Shown: positions 37,670-42,158 of the stretch, piece after piece
How the letters are laid out: each line of letters starts with the position of its first letter
Numbering within the stretch: position 1 is the stretch's first letter
Assembly: GCA_002633005.1 (NCBI GenBank)
Contig: NMRA01000628.1
Span: forward strand, 65,198 to 107,355
Origin: Phoronis australis
Taxonomy: Eukaryota > Animalia > Phoronida
Length of the DNA: 42,158 bases
Direction: 5' to 3'
Position numbers and translations under genes: made by a program
Notes under the pieces: model-generated
Seen by the model: only the letters and a program-made list of their open reading frames with translations
Databases searched by the model: none
Told to the model about the DNA's origin: nothing

Positions 37670-38170
37670 CTGGTGAGATGATGGGTTAAAATGACTATGA
37701 AATATTTTGATTACGTCAACCCCTCCCTATTTCAAAAATATTAGTCACCTTGGACCTGCTTCATCAAGAGTGAGAACATAACTACACATTGTATATCACT
37801 TGAACAAAGTCTGTGAGAGTCAGTAAAAACAGATAACTTTGTACATCCAAACATCACGTACTACATGCATTAAGCAGTCAGTCAGAATGTATAACAAAAA
37901 TTCTGACTTACAGTCTTTAAGTGCCATGAATAATTTTAGGTGCACGCCTCACACTTCACCTCCACGTAATTTCCGTAATTTCATTGACACACTGTGATTG
38001 CTCAACTTGGACCAATGGACTAATTAAAATTGGAACCAAAAAGGACAAAAACTAACATGCTCACAAGTCCTCCAAATTGGCCCACAGACGTGAGGCCGTG
38101 TGGGTCAATTTGCCCAAGCCCACATCTTTCTAAAATGATGCCTGAGATCCCTGGTTACAAAACAGACAGC

Positions 38171-38325
38171 AGGCATGCGTTCAGTAGACGCTAGGATCTA
38201 CGCTAGGACCTAGCTAAAACCTAGTCGAAGTCACGTGTTCTCACTTAAAATACACGGCAATATCTCACGTAATCTTGCGAACCCTTGCTTTTTAGCGAGG
38301 TCCTAGCGTTACTGAACGGGAGGCA
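38171..38325. mobile_element. Small MITE in an SMN intron
   Basis: Inverted ends cgttcagtagacgctagga / tcctagcgttactgaacg. Confidence 0.55.
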
Positions 38326-38344
38326 GGGCAGCAAATCCTGTCAC

Positions 38345-38467
38345 CTTGCTTTTCTTGATAGCTGGCTTCCTTTTCTTCTGTTTTTTCTTTTTTGCTTTTT
38401 TCTTGCTAGCTCCATCGGACTCGTTTGGTAGACTGTCACCACCACCATTTTTCTCCTCTAGACGCAA
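38345..38467 (-). CDS. SMN: SMN exon 2b equivalent (Lys-rich basic region)
   Basis: ttcttgcag acceptor; LRLEEKNGGGDSLPNESDGASKKKAKKKKQKKRKPAIKKSK; gtgaca donor; 123 nt, phase 0. Confidence 0.9.
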
Positions 38468-38665
38468 CTGCAAGAAATCTGATTATAAGTAAAAGGACTG
38501 GTATGAAATTTAATTTACATTTTAACTAAGTCACGACAAATTACAACAAAGCCGATTATCCATTAAAAAAGTAGCCATTTTCAAAAATTACTAGCCAAAT
38601 ACTTTTTCCCTATCCCCGGGTTAAGGCAGGGGTGTGCCAGCCACATGGACATGATGTTAACCTAA

Positions 38666-39946
38666 AACAAGAGCAACGGAGAGCGTTGAAATGCGCCCAC
38701 GAATGCATTGCAAATGGTGTGCTTTTAGGGTTATTTATTTGTATCATACAAATGGCCTAGATGGTGCAAAAGCATACGATCCATCCAAAAACAGGAAAAT
38801 GCCATATTTCATAAAAATCTGTCAAGGAACTTCAGAGAAACAAAGGAAAACAGAATAAAATGAAATTGCCACTAGTGGGCACAGTGTCCGTTGGATCCAC
38901 CTGAAAGTCATCATCGTCTGTTATCTTCATATAAATACACTTACTAAATTTAATAAAGATCCTGCAGTGGGTTTAGGAGATACAACTATGAGTGCAAAGC
39001 AAAACTACCACTAGCAGGGCAACAGTAGTCAGTCACCATCATCAAAGGTCGTCTTCACACTGAGAACATATATGCCAATTTTCAAATGATTTGGTTGATA
39101 CAGGGGTGGACACTAAAAACAAGATTTGAAAACAGCGAAAATGGCTACTAGGTGATGCAAAATACCTCGATTCCATCTAAAAACAGGAACATAGCGTCAT
39201 CACACTAATAGATGCCTACATTTAAAATTTGAGGAAAATCTGTTGAGGGCCTTTGAAGATACTGAGTTAAACGTAAAAAAATAAAATTGCCACAAGGGGG
39301 CACAGCAGGAGTCAGATATGTCCGAAAGTCATTGTCATCCGTAGTCAACATGATAAAAATACACTTGCTAAATTAAGTAAAGATCCTGCGAACGGTTTAT
39401 GAAATACAGCCATAGGCGCAACAAAAACAAAAACAAAACTGCCACTAGGAGGCGCCACAGTAGTCGAAATCATCGGAAAACCATCTTCAATCGTCCTCTT
39501 TATAGTAAGCACCTACCTGCCAATTTTCACAATCATCCTTTGAGCGGTTTGGTTGATAGAGGGGTGGATGCAAAAAAACAGTAAAAATGGCCACTAGGTG
39601 GCGCAAACTACGTCAAATCGAACCGAAAACGGAAGGATAGCGTCATCTCACTAATAGGCACCTACATACTGAATTTCATGAAAATCCGTTCAGGACTTTT
39701 GAAGATACAAAGGTAAGCGTAAAAAACTAAAATTGCCACTAGGGGGCACACCGGTAGTCGGACCCGTCCGAAAGTTCGCTCATGCCGTCCCATTCATGAA
39801 TGGAACATATGTGCCAAAATTCATCAAAGGGTAAAAGGGTTTTGGAGATAGAGCAGCGGACACTGGACAGACGCCGCCCGGACTGACGGACGGACGGAGA
39901 TGACGGCATAATGCGTCCACATATAAATATGTGGGCGCATAAAAAA
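38666..39946. mobile_element. Helentron/HINE-like element with an internal tandem array of about 145 bp
   Basis: aacaagag start; 7-8 units anchored on gccactag; (ACGG)n near 39885-39900; 14-bp hairpin atgcgtccacatat/atatgtgggcgcat (39911-39940) followed by A6. Confidence 0.75.
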
Positions 39947-40863
39947 TAGTCACGAGTTCCCGGCCCCTATCCCCGGGTTACGGCGGGGGTACACTGGCCA
40001 CATGGGCATTACATTGAGGTTGACCTAAAAAAATTGGGCAGGGATTCTCCCCTTTCCCCCCGTTATACATTTCATTGATGTTGACCTAAACAAATGGACC
40101 TATCCCCAGGTTATGGCGGGGTATGCTGGGTATTTTGATGAGCAATTAGACACTTAGGTCCAAAAACGTTAACATAACTTGTGGCTTGCAAAATAAAGCT
40201 AAATCGTGCAGAGTAGAGAATCTGAGACTCATTTAGTAACAAGCTGGCATTTATTTTACCTTGCATTCTTTCGGCTGTCGCCGAGTCTTGACATTGTTAC
40301 AAGCGGCAGCACCTACACGTGATTTCGCTATGAAGGGACAAATCGCAATTATCAAAAGCGCTGCTCGCCCCACACAGCTGAACATTTTGTTGTAGTAAAA
40401 GAATGATTTCAAAGGGAGTGACGGACATGAAATGGAACATTTGCTTCCTATCTTTAGGACTCGGAATCAAAGTAAGAATGTTGTTTGTGGCGCGACTAGA
40501 TTCAAGCCGACTGTGAGTCAGCATGCGAGTAGATTTCCCAAAATTAATTTTCATTGTCAAGTTGCGAAAGCATTCACCAAGTTGGCGAATGGACTTAGCT
40601 CTACCATTGCCAAAACCGCTCAGAATTTGCGATTGGCGAGCTGGCAAGCAGCTAGCATGAGCCTAGATTATGTATATACAGAGGGGCTGCTCTACTTGGT
40701 TTATTTAGTACAGAGATGCTTGCAAATTTGGTATACTTAGATATTGGTCTATTTGATATACAGGTGTGTTTGCTTAGTTCCTCAGTTGCCCAACACCACC
40801 AAGGTAGCCTTGTCGGAAGTTGACCAATCATCATGTCACTGAGTGCTCGCTCCACATCCATAC

Positions 40864-40935
40864 CTGCATGATGCTGACTGCCCTGTCATAAGCGGCGATG
40901 AGAGCGGAGTCATCCCATATACCTTCATCATCATC
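40864..40935 (-). CDS. SMN: SMN exon 2a equivalent (Gemin2-binding domain)
   Basis: DDDEGIWDDSALIAAYDRAVSIMQ, matching DIWDDTALIKAYDKAV; 72 nt; gttag acceptor and gtatgg donor. Confidence 0.96.
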
Positions 40936-41430
40936 CTAACAAACAGAGAAAACAGCCAGATGCAAACAAACAAGCACTTCCATCAGAATTGTTTTTCTTT
41001 GCCTTTGAGATACCTTAGTTTTAGGGTGATCAAAGTTTTCATGTTTTTTAACACGGGAAGTGTGTGTGGGCCTCTGATTAGACATCACAATTCTATACCC
41101 AAAGGGTCGAGTAAGGTTTTTTTGGTCCTCTTTCCGAATGAGCCCCTGTGGGGGTCCTTATGCCGGTAAGGACATTTTTGAAAATTGTGCCAGTTGTACT
41201 GGCCCAGTTAATGGACAGTATTACTGTTTAAGTTAAGAAAAAAAGTTTGATAACAAGAGTATTTCTTCGAGTTGGAATGAATTAAATACATCAACCGCCT
41301 ACTAAGGTGTCCCTCTATGCGCAAAAGTATTTATAACAACGTGACTTGGATGTTTTAGTAGGTGTGAGGCATAATCACAGGTGGTGCACCATAGGGGGTG
41401 GGGGGGGCTATAGCCCCCACTTTTGCAGGG

Positions 41431-41545
41431 CACTAGTCGGATATAAGGGACCCTGAATTAGAGAACCAGTTTCATCCACTAAATAATGACCGGTATTCAG
41501 TGATTGCTGGTTCTCTAAATCAGGGTCCATTATATTCGACTAGTG
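41431..41545. mobile_element. 115-bp MITE with CACTAG termini
   Basis: 39-bp imperfect TIRs cactagtcggatataagggaccctgaattagagaaccag / ctggttctctaaatcagggtccattatattcgactagtg; no clean TSD. Confidence 0.65.
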
Positions 41546-41675
41546 GAAAAGCTCCTATACTATAGGACTAGGAGCTCCACCACTACTTTGCCTGCTAAGA
41601 CGGTGATCACTACTTGCTGCTAGTTTAGATAAAAATCATGGTTTCATGCACTGATGTAACCGTCTATTAGAGCTA

Positions 41676-42158
41676 CCGTATTCGCACTAATAAGCGCCCA
41701 GGGGGTTGCTTTTTGGGGCCTACAGCGGTTAAAACCCGGTCTCCGAAACGGGTGAAATCGGAAGCTAGTGACGTATGTGTAACATGACAGACTTTCTACC
41801 AAACTGTGACTAAAAGCCTGGGTATATCCCTGACTTCCACACTTTTCCAAACTACGAAGGAATGGCTGAGGAGGGTAAAAGTCTAGTTGCCGTGCGCATT
41901 GGTATGTTTTTAGGAGATCGATTCAACAGCAGACAACTCGATTTTTGGTAACGTTGATAAGTCTTTTGACCACACCACCCTGCAGGACAATGCCATGTTT
42001 GTCAAGGCGCCTGGTTTTCGATCAACATGACAGCAGCGCCCCGCGTTCGTGAAATAAGTGAATACTGTGAACACAGGTGTCCTCAGCTTCTGATCGTCCC
42101 CAATACACCACATACCGTAATCGTTCGGGTTAACGCCCTGGGCGGTTAAATTGGCGAA
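41676..42158. mobile_element. Left end of a Tc1/mariner-pogo-like MITE, with a second TA-CCGTA start at 42115
   Basis: TA|CCGTATTCGCACTAATAAGCGCCC terminus typical of TA-targeting MITEs; partner TIR not in the window. Confidence 0.45.

Noticed and set aside
41644-42113. Minus-strand ORFs as SMN exon 1
   Set aside because: No SMN-like N-terminus or convincing phase-0 donor, and they lie within MITE-like sequence; exon 1 is probably beyond the window.

Overview
AT-rich animal (probably marine invertebrate) nuclear DNA with spliced genes and dense transposon nesting; the short ORFs in the six-frame track are mostly noise or exon fragments. Two intact protein-coding genes converge tail-to-tail. 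The first is a complete 4-exon fatty-acid-binding-protein (FABP/iLBP) gene on + (CDS 19113-23065, 134 aa, divergent ligand triad). The second is an SMN (survival motor neuron) gene on - with 7 coding exons at 33058-40935 (Gemin2-binding, Tudor and YG-box motifs; exon 1 not found in the window). Between them lie a Maverick/Polinton terminus with a decayed protein-primed PolB, a deleted Penelope-like element with a variant minimal hammerhead and 13-bp TSD, a 5'-truncated CR1/L2-group LINE inserted into that element, and a ~140-bp tandem array. Upstream are a decayed PHD-finger-ending ORF region, a 170-bp fold-back insertion made only of the Penelope ORF start, two diverged copies of an unidentified decayed gene, hAT-like elements and a 414-bp assembly/haplotype duplication at an N. 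SMN introns hold Harbinger-, Helentron-, CACTA- and mariner-like non-autonomous elements. All family assignments come from motif recognition by eye, not database searches.
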